From: Candidatus Poseidoniales archaeon
GTDB taxonomy: Archaea; Thermoplasmatota; Poseidoniia; Poseidoniales; Poseidoniaceae
Direction: 5' to 3'
Assembly (NCBI GenBank): GCA_038105035.1
Contig: JAYOBT010000001.1
Span: 45,385 to 109,384 of the forward strand
DNA length: 64,000 nt
A program made the translations under genes and the position numbers. The first letter of the stretch is position 1. Each line of letters starts with the position of its first letter. Below the pieces are notes generated by a model. That model had not been told where the DNA came from, did no database searches, and was given only the letters and a program-made list of their open reading frames with translations. Below, piece after piece: positions 56,148 through 64,000 of the stretch.

Positions 56148-57137
56148 ATGAAGACAAACCCACTGGGGAGCAGTATGGTTAGCGGGTTCTTAGGAACACT
56201 TACCACCGAAGAGCGAACATTGCTCCATCTTCTCGACAACCAATTACCTGAAAACAACTGGGAAGCACCGATGGAACTGACTCAAGCAGGTATTTCTGCT
56301 GCAGTCCACGTCCAGCGCAAACACGTACCAAGGACATTGAAACGATTGCAAGAACAAGCCTACCTCAATACGACGAGTCGTCATGTCCCTGGTGCAAGAC
56401 AACGAAGGCGCGTTTATTCGTTGACTCCTGAGGGTCGAGAACGTGCACAATCCATACTCAAAAGAATCAAGGAAGTACCTGTACAATCGGACGGAAAGAC
56501 AGTTTTGTTGGACTCGCTTCTTTCAAGTTCAAGAAGCACGCTCGAATCGCTTGCCCACATTGATGAACACATGAAAGTTCATTCAGAGCCTGTGATGTCA
56601 CCTGTTTCTCACCCTGAGGGATCAGCATCGCTCGATGCACAAGCTGGTGAAGCGCTTGTTCGTCGTATGTTTGCAAGGGCTTGGCAAGATGGTCGAATCA
56701 CAAAAGATGAACAACTCTTGCTGAATGAAGTTGTTGATTTTCTGGGAATGCACCCAGACCGAGTACGCCGCTTATCGAACGAGGCGCGTCGAGAAATCAA
56801 TGCTCCGCCTCCAGAGGAAATTTATCTCGACATGCTTAGGCAGGCGTTGGTTGATGGAGTGATTCATGAAGAGGAAGAAGCCCTACTTCGAACGGTTCAG
56901 GTGGCCTTTGATATCGATAAAGAAACTCATGAAAGGATGCTTAGAGAAGCGTTGGAGCAACCGTACATTTCACCTGAACTCGAAGCATACAGTTCTGTCT
57001 TGAAAACAGCGATGATCGATGGAATCATCACAAACGACGAATCAGCAATGCTTGAGACGTTACGAGCAAAGACAGGTATTTCAGAGCAAGAACATGCGAT
57101 GCTATTAGCAGAATTACAAGATAAAGTTGAGGGATAA
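56148..57137 (+). CDS. Winged-helix DNA-binding protein with three TerB/DjlA-N-like repeats
   Basis: wHTH-like LTQAGISAAVHVQRKHVPRTLKRLQEQAYL...RRVYSLTPEGRERA, then three ~45-aa repeats (DGRITKDEQLLLNEVVDFLGM; DGVIHEEEEALLRTVQVAFDI; DGIITNDESAMLETLRAKTGI). An alternative start lies at 56175. Confidence 0.6.
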   Translation: MKTNPLGSSMVSGFLGTLTTEERTLLHLLDNQLPENNWEAPMELTQAGISAAVHVQRKHVPRTLKRLQEQAYLNTTSRHVPGARQRRRVYSLTPEGRERAQSILKRIKEVPVQSDGKTVLLDSLLSSSRSTLESLAHIDEHMKVHSEPVMSPVSHPEGSASLDAQAGEALVRRMFARAWQDGRITKDEQLLLNEVVDFLGMHPDRVRRLSNEARREINAPPPEEIYLDMLRQALVDGVIHEEEEALLRTVQVAFDIDKETHERMLREALEQPYISPELEAYSSVLKTAMIDGIITNDESAMLETLRAKTGISEQEHAMLLAELQDKVEG

Positions 57138-57139
57138 TT

Positions 57140-58201
57140 ATGGGAATGAGCGATGATGATGTGAAAATTCACGATGCATTGAAAAAACTACAACGGGGTT
57201 TGAAAAACATCAAACCAGCAAAAATCCTTCTCGTCGGCGATATCATGATGGATTGCTACATCCATGGTTTTGCAAACAATCTCAATTCCCGTGCACCTGT
57301 TCCTGTACTCAAAGAAATTTCACGGGATGTCGATGTAGGAGCTGCGGCACACGTTGCTCGTGGTCTCGATTCGTTGGGATTGAAGAGTCATCTACATGGC
57401 ATAGTCGGAGACGATGATTCTGGACTAGCCATCTTAGAAATGCTGGAAGAAGAAGGCGTTGAAACATCAGGTATTGCAGTTCTTGAAGAACGTACAACCA
57501 CGGTCAAAACGAGGTTGTTAGGAGCACGCGAAGGTTTGGTAAAAGGCGAACAACTTCTCCTTCGATGGGACATTGAGGACGATAAGCCAATCCCCTCTCC
57601 GGCATTGACAAACCTCATCGAACGAACCATTGAGGCGATACCCAATTCCTCCTGCCTCATATTGTCCGACTATGGATTAGGCGTGCTCGATGATGATGGT
57701 GCTGAACGACTCATTGCTGCTGCAAAAGAACACAACGTCCCAATTATTGCTGATCCAAAGCTTACAGGGTTACATCGAACACAAGGCGTTGATTGGGTCT
57801 TGTTTCAATCAAAAGGATTGGAATTAATGCGAAGACGTCTCGGAGCAGCAACCGGTGCCGAGGCAGCTTCAACGCTTCTCGAAACAAATGGTTGGAAGCA
57901 CTTGTTGATTCTTGAGGGACAGGATGGTGTAACCATCCACTCCCGCAACGAGGACACCGTTCATGTTCAATGCATGCTCGAAGAGATACGACAAATGATT
58001 GGATTGATTGATGCTGCAGCTGTTGCAGTAGCAACAGCAATTACGCTCGGACTTTCTGTGGAAGAAACAGCTCAACTTGCGAATGCCGCTAGCGAATGCA
58101 TTCTTGTTGCCGACCGAACCGACAGATTCGTCTTACGGCTGGATGACATGGTCGATCGAATTGGCGAGATTGCATGGTCGCTTCAGGTTTCAAAACGCTG
58201 A
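57140..58201 (+). CDS. PfkB/ribokinase-family carbohydrate kinase (RfaE domain-I-like)
   Basis: ILLVGDIMMDCYIHG, GAAAHVARGL, and the C-terminal anion-hole region IDAAAVAVATA. Confidence 0.8.
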   Translation: MGMSDDDVKIHDALKKLQRGLKNIKPAKILLVGDIMMDCYIHGFANNLNSRAPVPVLKEISRDVDVGAAAHVARGLDSLGLKSHLHGIVGDDDSGLAILEMLEEEGVETSGIAVLEERTTTVKTRLLGAREGLVKGEQLLLRWDIEDDKPIPSPALTNLIERTIEAIPNSSCLILSDYGLGVLDDDGAERLIAAAKEHNVPIIADPKLTGLHRTQGVDWVLFQSKGLELMRRRLGAATGAEAASTLLETNGWKHLLILEGQDGVTIHSRNEDTVHVQCMLEEIRQMIGLIDAAAVAVATAITLGLSVEETAQLANAASECILVADRTDRFVLRLDDMVDRIGEIAWSLQVSKR

Positions 58202-58210
58202 GGTTTTTCC

Positions 58211-58696
58211 ATGAGTTCTTGGTTGAGGCCTACAACTGCTGACGTTGGTCTGCGGTCGTTCGCTGCATCAAAGGCGAGGTTGTTTCAGGAAACAACAATT
58301 GGTATGCAAGACTACCTGCTTGCTACAGAGATTTCTTCAGAAGCGATTCATCACACATCTGTCTGGACGGTACGTGTACCGACACACGATGACACCAATG
58401 GTCTACTTCTTGTCAAGTGGCTTGAAGAAGTGCTTTTTATGGACGAAGTTGAACAGAAATGGCTTGTTGATTGTTCGATTAAAGTAGAACAAATTGATGG
58501 ATTTCACTCCTTAGAGGCACATGTCCGTTGGGTTCATTCCGACACTGTCGAAAAGGAAGTGGAGATCAAAGCCGTAACACGCCAAGATTTGATGGTTGCA
58601 GAGGTTGCTGCCAACGAGACATTGGAATCGCCTTGGCCAGAGGTACCATCATTCGAAGGGCCAGGTTGGTACAGTGATGTCGTGTTTGACATTTAG
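58211..58696 (+). CDS. Archease (RtcB tRNA-ligase activator family)
   Basis: TTADVGLRSF near the N-terminus, EIKAVT, and a C-terminal VVFDI*. Confidence 0.85.
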   Translation: MSSWLRPTTADVGLRSFAASKARLFQETTIGMQDYLLATEISSEAIHHTSVWTVRVPTHDDTNGLLLVKWLEEVLFMDEVEQKWLVDCSIKVEQIDGFHSLEAHVRWVHSDTVEKEVEIKAVTRQDLMVAEVAANETLESPWPEVPSFEGPGWYSDVVFDI

Positions 58697-58998
58697 GTGG
58701 GAATCCCTGGGTGGACGCTCGTACTCAAAGGCCGTATCTACACACTTCCTCCGTCCCGAATCCCCACAGCACCCATGGCCCCAGGTAGGGATGCTCCGTT
58801 CCCGGCCTGACCTGTTCCCCCGGTTATCTGATTCCCGTTTCCCTCCGGAAACGGTTCACAACACCCGGATCATGTGGGGGCGAGACATCTACGTCCGCAT
58901 GCAGGAACCCATGAGCCGCTCTCGCCGCCCCAAGGCATTCAGCCCACCATGAAGACGATTTGTGGTACAGGGTACGCCTAGCTCCCCACCTATCCCGT
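58695..58998 (-). ncRNA. Signal recognition particle RNA (archaeal 7S type, ~300 nt)
   Basis: GC-rich island in an otherwise mid-GC region. The minus strand contains the helix-8 signature CAGGTCAGGCCGGGAACGGAGCATCCC (GGAA loop plus AGCA). The 5' AGGTGGGGAGCTAGGCGTACCCTGTACC pairs with the 3' ...CCAGGGATTCCCACCT. The ends are approximate. Confidence 0.85.
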
Positions 58999-59042
58999 CG
59001 AGTCCTACAACTGACTCTATTTCAATCAAACGCAGAGCAGGT

Positions 59043-59429
59043 TCAGGCTTCTTCTTCGTATTTCGATGGACACGAAGTTTTGATTGTTTCAGCCTCAACC
59101 ACGTATGTCCCATCTGAGAATTCAAAAATTCCTTCAGCGTATACAGTTCGATTGTCTCCTAATCCATTTGAGATTGAGCCGGCATTTGAATAGTCGATAA
59201 GCAAATCAAATTCTGTTCCTTCCAAAATGAATGTCATTGCCGTTTCATTGATACTTCCATCGCGAATCTCACCACGTACAGCCACGTTCTCTTCGATGAG
59301 ATTGGCTTTGTTTTCCATGAGTTGATCAACCGTCAAGGTGGGTGCAGGTGCTTGGAGGAAGATTGTACCAAGAACGGCTATCGTTACAACCCCGCCAATC
59401 AAGAGCAATCGGTTGCGATACGACAACAT
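59043..59429 (-). CDS. ccmE: CcmE-like haem chaperone, CxxxY variant
   Basis: N-terminal anchor (MLSYRNRLLLIGGVV...), an OB-like core (VAVRGEIRDGSI...FDLLIDYS...VYAEGIF...VEAETI), and a C-terminal CPSKY where canonical CcmE has HxxxY. Confidence 0.6.
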   Translation of the reverse strand: MLSYRNRLLLIGGVVTIAVLGTIFLQAPAPTLTVDQLMENKANLIEENVAVRGEIRDGSINETAMTFILEGTEFDLLIDYSNAGSISNGLGDNRTVYAEGIFEFSDGTYVVEAETIKTSCPSKYEEEA

Positions 59430-59472
59430 TGTATCAATACCAACGCAGAGATTGATGTATTTCAATATCTGC

Positions 59473-60579
59473 TCATTGTTGTTGACGATGCATCAACCCG
59501 ACTGCCTCTGAGATTGTTTCAATATTGTGTTTAATCATCTTCTTTTGTAAACCATGAACAATTGATTTAGTCAGACTGGGTCCTTCGAATACAAAGCCTG
59601 CATATGCTTGTAGAAGGGAGGCACCTGCTGTGATTTTCTCCCAAGCATCATCTGCAGTCATAATCCCGCCTACACCAACGATTGGAATCTGCCCCCGTGT
59701 GTAGGAGTAGATGTGAGCAATCATATCGGTACTCTGTTGTCGGAGTGGTGAACCTGAGCATCCTCCTTGTTGTTTGTAGACGCTATTTGTCTGATTGGGT
59801 CGTTCCAATGTGGTGTTTGTTGCCACGATTCCATCGATTTGACACGCCATGGCCGTGTCAACAATGGATTCAAGTTCGTCTGTCGAAAGGTCAGGTGCTA
59901 CTTTGATGAGAAGAGGTTTTTTTGCTTGGCCTTTTTCATGAGCGTTCCGCTGATTAACATCAATACACGCTTCAAGAATTCCCTTTAGGTGATCACCGTG
60001 TTGTAAATCACGAAGACCCGGTGTATTCGGAGAGGAGACGTTGATCACAAACAAGTCTACGTATGGCCATAACCGATTCATGGTTGTTGAATAATCAGTA
60101 CCAGCTTCATCGAGTGGTGTTAGTTTCGATTTACCGAGATTGGCCCACACCGGTTTTGATTGGGGACCAGAGCGTCGAAGTCGTTCAGCAACTTTTTCGC
60201 TACCCGGATTGTTGAAACCCATTCGGTTAACGAGAGCACGATCTCCACCATGTCGAAACATTCTGGGCTTAGGGTTGCCATCTTGCTCAAGCATGGTTAC
60301 GCCTCCAATCTCAGAAAACGCAAGACCAATCGATTCCCATCCACGGAGAGCCTCCGCACGCTTGTCCATTCCTGCAGCTATCCCAAACGGATGGTCAAAA
60401 TCCAATCCAAAACAATGTGTTGGAACGGTTTTCTTTGGTTTGTAGAGGAAACGTAGTCCAGCTCGAAACAAGGGATTTGATGAAGCAATACGCAACATAA
60501 GAAGGGAACGCCCGTGTGCTTTCTCGGAATCCTGAACAGCCAAAAGCGGCTTCGAGAACCAGCGAAACAACCTGCCCAT
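59473..60579 (-). CDS. pyrD: Dihydroorotate dehydrogenase (quinone), class 2
   Basis: Class-2 N-terminal extension, GFNNPG, NVSSPNTPGLR, IKVAPDL and GGCSGSPL. Confidence 0.92.
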   Translation of the reverse strand: MGRLFRWFSKPLLAVQDSEKAHGRSLLMLRIASSNPLFRAGLRFLYKPKKTVPTHCFGLDFDHPFGIAAGMDKRAEALRGWESIGLAFSEIGGVTMLEQDGNPKPRMFRHGGDRALVNRMGFNNPGSEKVAERLRRSGPQSKPVWANLGKSKLTPLDEAGTDYSTTMNRLWPYVDLFVINVSSPNTPGLRDLQHGDHLKGILEACIDVNQRNAHEKGQAKKPLLIKVAPDLSTDELESIVDTAMACQIDGIVATNTTLERPNQTNSVYKQQGGCSGSPLRQQSTDMIAHIYSYTRGQIPIVGVGGIMTADDAWEKITAGASLLQAYAGFVFEGPSLTKSIVHGLQKKMIKHNIETISEAVGLMHRQQQ

Positions 60580-60630
60580 GACCGATGCTCGAACCGATAT
60601 CCTTCAATCCTTGCGTTACTTCGCGAGGTC

Positions 60631-61044
60631 ATGGAGGAAAATTCAGCAAGGTGGCTCGCCATCCGTGAAGCGAGCAGACGCATCCTTGTTGAAGATGATT
60701 TGATTCTGAATGTTCCTCAGGCTCATGTCCCGTCATGGCAGCGATTGATTCTCAATATGGCTGATTCCATGCCACAAAGATTGGATTTTCCGGAGATTGT
60801 TGAAGGCGCTTTTTCTGTTATCAAGGATGGGCGAGAACTGTTTACTTTACAAATTGATGAACCTGAAAGTGAAGAAGTATTGTGGTTGCCGTATGAAATG
60901 CCAGATCTGATGATTAATTTCATCCAAATGTGTTCGGAATTATTGCTGGCAGGATATCCAGGGTGCAGTGGTTGTGGATATCGTGATGACGAGGAAAAAT
61001 GGGATGAATTAGCGCATCGAGAACGCCTCAAAAAATCTCGATAA
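60631..61044 (+). CDS. Hypothetical 137-aa protein
   Basis: ORF starting at the first ATG clear of pyrD (MEENSARW...). No domain recognised, and there is a CSGCG near the C-terminus. Confidence 0.4.
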   Translation: MEENSARWLAIREASRRILVEDDLILNVPQAHVPSWQRLILNMADSMPQRLDFPEIVEGAFSVIKDGRELFTLQIDEPESEEVLWLPYEMPDLMINFIQMCSELLLAGYPGCSGCGYRDDEEKWDELAHRERLKKSR

Positions 61045-61050
61045 TCATAC

Positions 61051-61074
61051 CAGATAACATAAGTTATCTGTTTT
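61051..61074 (+). terminator. Hairpin plus T-tract (intrinsic-terminator-like)
   Basis: CAGATAAC-ATAA-GTTATCTG is a perfect 8-bp stem, followed by TTTT, and lies 6 nt after the stop at 61044. Confidence 0.4.
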
Positions 61075-61125
61075 AATTTGAAGTTTGGCGAGCCTTCAAG
61101 TACAGTCGACAAACGCATTGAAAGC

Positions 61126-63849
61126 ATGAGCATCGTTGTCCTCGCCGAGAAACCTAGCGTCGCCGAAGATATTGCAAAAATGCTCAACATCAATAAAAAA
61201 GAGGCAACACATTGGTCTGGAACCGACATCGTCGTGACATGGGCTGTTGGCCATATGTTGGAACTCAAATACATGGATGATTACAACCCTGAGTTCAAGA
61301 ATTGGCGAAAAACAGCGGCTGATTTACCCTTCGTTCCAGATGAGTTTGAATTCAAACCAAAATCTGGATCAACACGCAAGCAACTTACCGCCGTGAAGAA
61401 ACTTATGGGCGACAAAGCTGTTACTGAAATTGTCAATGCTTGTGACGCAGCACGTGAAGGGGAACTCATTTTTCAAACAATTTATCGACACTCAAAATCC
61501 AAATCACCCGTATCGAGAATGTGGCTACAATCGATGACAAAAGAAGCCATACAGCGTGCTTGGGATGAACGCAAATCCGCATCAGAGTACCAGAATCTTG
61601 CTGACGCTGCTTACAGTCGTAGTTACGCCGACTGGCTCATCGGGATGAATGGTTCACGGATTGCAGAGGTATTTCTTCCAAAGAAACGGACAGAACGTAT
61701 CTCCCTCGGACGAGTACAAACAGCAACACTCGCAATCCTTGTCGATCACGAAATTGAAATTCTGAAACACATTGCTACACCGTTTTGGACCCTTAATGCT
61801 CAGTTTGAAGGCAGTGATAGTTCGTGGAATGGTCGTTGGGAAGGTGGGGCGGCAACTGAGGATACCAAACCTCATTGGATTCTTACCCGTGAAGAAAAAG
61901 AACGAATCCAAGCGCTCATCGATTCAGGTGAACAAGCCACTGTTACTCAAAAAGTGACAACAAGCAAAGAGCGACCACCTTTGAACTTTGATTTGACCAC
62001 GCTCCAGCGACAGGCAAACTCAATGTTTTCTTGGCCGGCAAAGAGGACACTCAACGTTGCTCAGGCACTGTATGAGCGACATAAATTGACGACGTATCCA
62101 CGTACTGATTCCCGGTACCTACCAACCGACATGAAGGATACAATCGACACCACATTGTCCAACCTCGGAAAGATGGATGGTATGTCAGGATACATCGACA
62201 CACTGACGAAAAATGGAATGCAAAATGTCTCTCGGAATTTCAATGATGCAAAAATCAGCGATCACTTTGCCATCATACCAACTGGTAAACTGCCAACCTC
62301 CGCCTTGTCGAAGGATGAGCAACGACTGTACAATATGATTGTTCGAAATTTTATTGCTTCATGGTACAGTGAATCGATTATTGAGAAGCAAAAGAGGACC
62401 GCCAATTTATGCGGAGAGATTTTCAATAAAGAGGCGCAACGATATACCACACTTGGCTGGAGAGAGGTTGTATCCAAAAACCTCAGTCACCCAGAAGGAT
62501 GGGGCACCGTATCTATCGAAAACCCACATGCAACAGTAGCGTCGCATGAATGGAACGAAGAGAAATCAAAGCCACCTGCAAGAATCAAAGAAGCTCGACT
62601 CTTGTCCCTTATGGAGAAGGCTGGAAAGGAAATTGAAGATGAAGATTTGGCTGAAGCGATGGCTGGCAAGGGTCTTGGGACTCCGGCTACACGGGCGGAT
62701 ACAATCGAAAAATTACTCTCAAGAGGTTACATCTCCAGGCAGCAATCGGGAGCCCTTAATGCCGCTCCACACGGTATTCGTATCATCGAAATTTTACGCA
62801 GAATTCCAGTGGAATGGATTACATCCGCCGAACTTACAGGAGAAATGGAGTCGGCATTGACAGCAGTACAGCGCGGAGAACTCCAAGCATCGAAATACAT
62901 GGAAAACATTGTCAAACAAACAACGGACTTGGTTACACGTGTTCGAGATCACGACCGGAGTCAGTTGTTCATGCATGATGAATCTATAGGCAACTGCCCA
63001 CAGTGCGCATCTACGATTATCGAAACCGCATTGTCGTACACCTGCGAAAAGAATGAGGGTAAGGAAAAAGGATGCTCATTCGTTTTCTGGAAGGATACCA
63101 GTGGACGCTGGTTCGATCGCTCCACAGCAAAGCGCTTGCTCAAACAAAGGGAATTGACAGACTTGCACGGGTTCTTCAACAGGAATGGAGAGACCTATGA
63201 AACATCGGTTGTCATCTCTGATGAAGGTAAAGTGACATCATCAAAATCCACAGGCAACCGTGCGAATTCGTCTGATGAAGCAATTTGTCCGTGTCCTAAG
63301 TGCGATGGTACGATTCGAGAAACAGATACGCATTATGCCTGTGACCAAGAAGCATGTAAATTTGCAGGCGTTGGCAAAGTCATCTGCAAGCGAGAAATCA
63401 AAAAGGATGAAGCAAAATCAATCCTCATCGATGGTAAATCGCCCCTCATCGAGGATTTCATATCCAGACGTGGACGTCCTTTCCCTGCTTATTTGGTCCT
63501 TGAGGGGAACAAGGTCGGATTTGAATTTCCACCTCGAGAAGCCGCAGCAGATGCCCGAAAATTCGAAATCACACCTGGTGTTGTAGCCATATGTCCAAAG
63601 CACGGTGCTGAAATCCATGAAACCGAGACACACTTTAGACCAAAAACAAGCGCAAGTGGATGTAAGATCGACATCGCCCGTGAAATCTCCAAACGTGAGA
63701 TCACGCGAGAAGAGGCGAAACAATTGATTGAGAAAGGAGAAATCGGCCCGTTTGATGATTTAATCGCAAAGAAAACCGGCAATCCTTACACTGCAATTCT
63801 GTGGCTAAAGAAGAATGAGCGTGTTGGTTATCGCTTTGCAAAACGTTAG
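61126..63849 (+). CDS. topB: Type IA DNA topoisomerase (topo III-like) with a C-terminal zinc-ribbon / repeat array
   Basis: Toprim MSIVVLAEKPSVA and DAAREGE, active-site region TTYPRTDSRYL, C-terminal CPQC...C, CPCPKCDG...C and CPKHG units, and two GRPFPAYLVLEG / GNPYTAILWLKK repeats. Confidence 0.92.
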   Translation: MSIVVLAEKPSVAEDIAKMLNINKKEATHWSGTDIVVTWAVGHMLELKYMDDYNPEFKNWRKTAADLPFVPDEFEFKPKSGSTRKQLTAVKKLMGDKAVTEIVNACDAAREGELIFQTIYRHSKSKSPVSRMWLQSMTKEAIQRAWDERKSASEYQNLADAAYSRSYADWLIGMNGSRIAEVFLPKKRTERISLGRVQTATLAILVDHEIEILKHIATPFWTLNAQFEGSDSSWNGRWEGGAATEDTKPHWILTREEKERIQALIDSGEQATVTQKVTTSKERPPLNFDLTTLQRQANSMFSWPAKRTLNVAQALYERHKLTTYPRTDSRYLPTDMKDTIDTTLSNLGKMDGMSGYIDTLTKNGMQNVSRNFNDAKISDHFAIIPTGKLPTSALSKDEQRLYNMIVRNFIASWYSESIIEKQKRTANLCGEIFNKEAQRYTTLGWREVVSKNLSHPEGWGTVSIENPHATVASHEWNEEKSKPPARIKEARLLSLMEKAGKEIEDEDLAEAMAGKGLGTPATRADTIEKLLSRGYISRQQSGALNAAPHGIRIIEILRRIPVEWITSAELTGEMESALTAVQRGELQASKYMENIVKQTTDLVTRVRDHDRSQLFMHDESIGNCPQCASTIIETALSYTCEKNEGKEKGCSFVFWKDTSGRWFDRSTAKRLLKQRELTDLHGFFNRNGETYETSVVISDEGKVTSSKSTGNRANSSDEAICPCPKCDGTIRETDTHYACDQEACKFAGVGKVICKREIKKDEAKSILIDGKSPLIEDFISRRGRPFPAYLVLEGNKVGFEFPPREAAADARKFEITPGVVAICPKHGAEIHETETHFRPKTSASGCKIDIAREISKREITREEAKQLIEKGEIGPFDDLIAKKTGNPYTAILWLKKNERVGYRFAKR

Positions 63850-63893
63850 CCACAGAAGAAACTTCTTGAAGTTCGGTCCATCGTATTCAATAC

Positions 63894-64000
63894 ATGGACC
63901 ATGATTACGATGTTGTCATCATTGGCGCAGGTCCAGTTGGAGGCTATACAGCACGCCTCCTATCTGAGCGTGGACTTTCCGTTGTGATGATTGAAGAACA
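63894..64000 (+). CDS. FAD-dependent oxidoreductase (geranylgeranyl-reductase-like), 5' fragment
   Basis: MDHDYDVVIIGAGPVGGYTARLL is a dinucleotide-binding GxGxxG motif. The ORF runs off the window. Confidence 0.6.
   Translation, partial: MDHDYDVVIIGAGPVGGYTARLLSERGLSVVMIEE

Noticed and set aside
58596-59125. Two overlapping track ORFs (118 aa on the plus strand, 78 aa on the minus strand) across the GC-rich island
   Set aside because: The region is better explained as the SRP RNA, given the helix-8 motif and terminal pairing. The ORFs are Pro/Arg/Gly-rich, as expected from GC-rich non-coding sequence.
1-64000. CRISPR arrays, rRNA genes, transposases, and defence-system hallmarks (nuclease plus ATPase pairs, reverse transcriptases, and similar)
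   Set aside because: Inspection of the ORF translations and the intergenic regions found no regularly spaced repeats and no such domains.

Overview
This 64 kb window looks like a compact chromosomal segment (about 90% coding) from an archaeon. The archaeal assignment rests on r-proteins S17e, S19e, L31e and L39e, a PAN proteasome ATPase ending in an HbYX-type LYG, Kae1, MBF1, Tsr3, tRNA-splicing endonuclease, archease and an archaeal-type SRP RNA. Many genes are bacterial-looking (PntAB transhydrogenase, class-2 DHODH, M6 and S15 peptidases, topo III with bacterial-type C-terminal repeats). With the acidic proteome and Shine-Dalgarno use inside operons, this fits a marine heterotrophic Thermoplasmatota/MG-II-like lineage, which is inference only. 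I found about 67 CDS, one tRNA-Val(GAC) and one SRP RNA sitting in a GC-rich island. I saw no rRNA, CRISPR array, transposase or integrase. Recognisable modules are: (1) a THF-dependent histidine-to-glutamate pathway split over three loci (hutU-hutH, hutI, formiminotransferase plus cyclodeaminase); (2) fdhD with a YdeP/FdhF-like Mo-oxidoreductase and an MFS transporter; (3) methylmalonyl-CoA mutase plus epimerase; (4) an ABC-2 exporter; (5) an RHH-folE-queE-queC-msrB-queD preQ0/archaeosine operon; (6) the S19e-PDCD5-L39e-L31e-S17e ribosomal cluster; (7) IscA plus a YgfZ-like factor; (8) mdh with pntAA-AB-B. None of these amounts to a demonstrated new system. The best candidates for undescribed biology are: (a) a divergent DUF835-like gene and a double-zinc-ribbon, multi-EF-hand, 2-TM acidic protein with a coupled third zinc-ribbon gene (18.5-21.8 kb); (b) a giant glycoprotein-like surface protein locus followed by a small 2-TM ORF, an orphan PqqD/RRE-like protein, an FGE-like protein and an FMN reductase (36.7-43.1 kb); (c) a reeler-like secreted protein, a divergent TatC fused to an unknown Cys-rich cytoplasmic domain, and an M6 protease (50.6-55.0 kb); (d) an orphan CcmE with the variant CxxxY motif. 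All functional calls come from motif recognition in the supplied translations and no searches were run.
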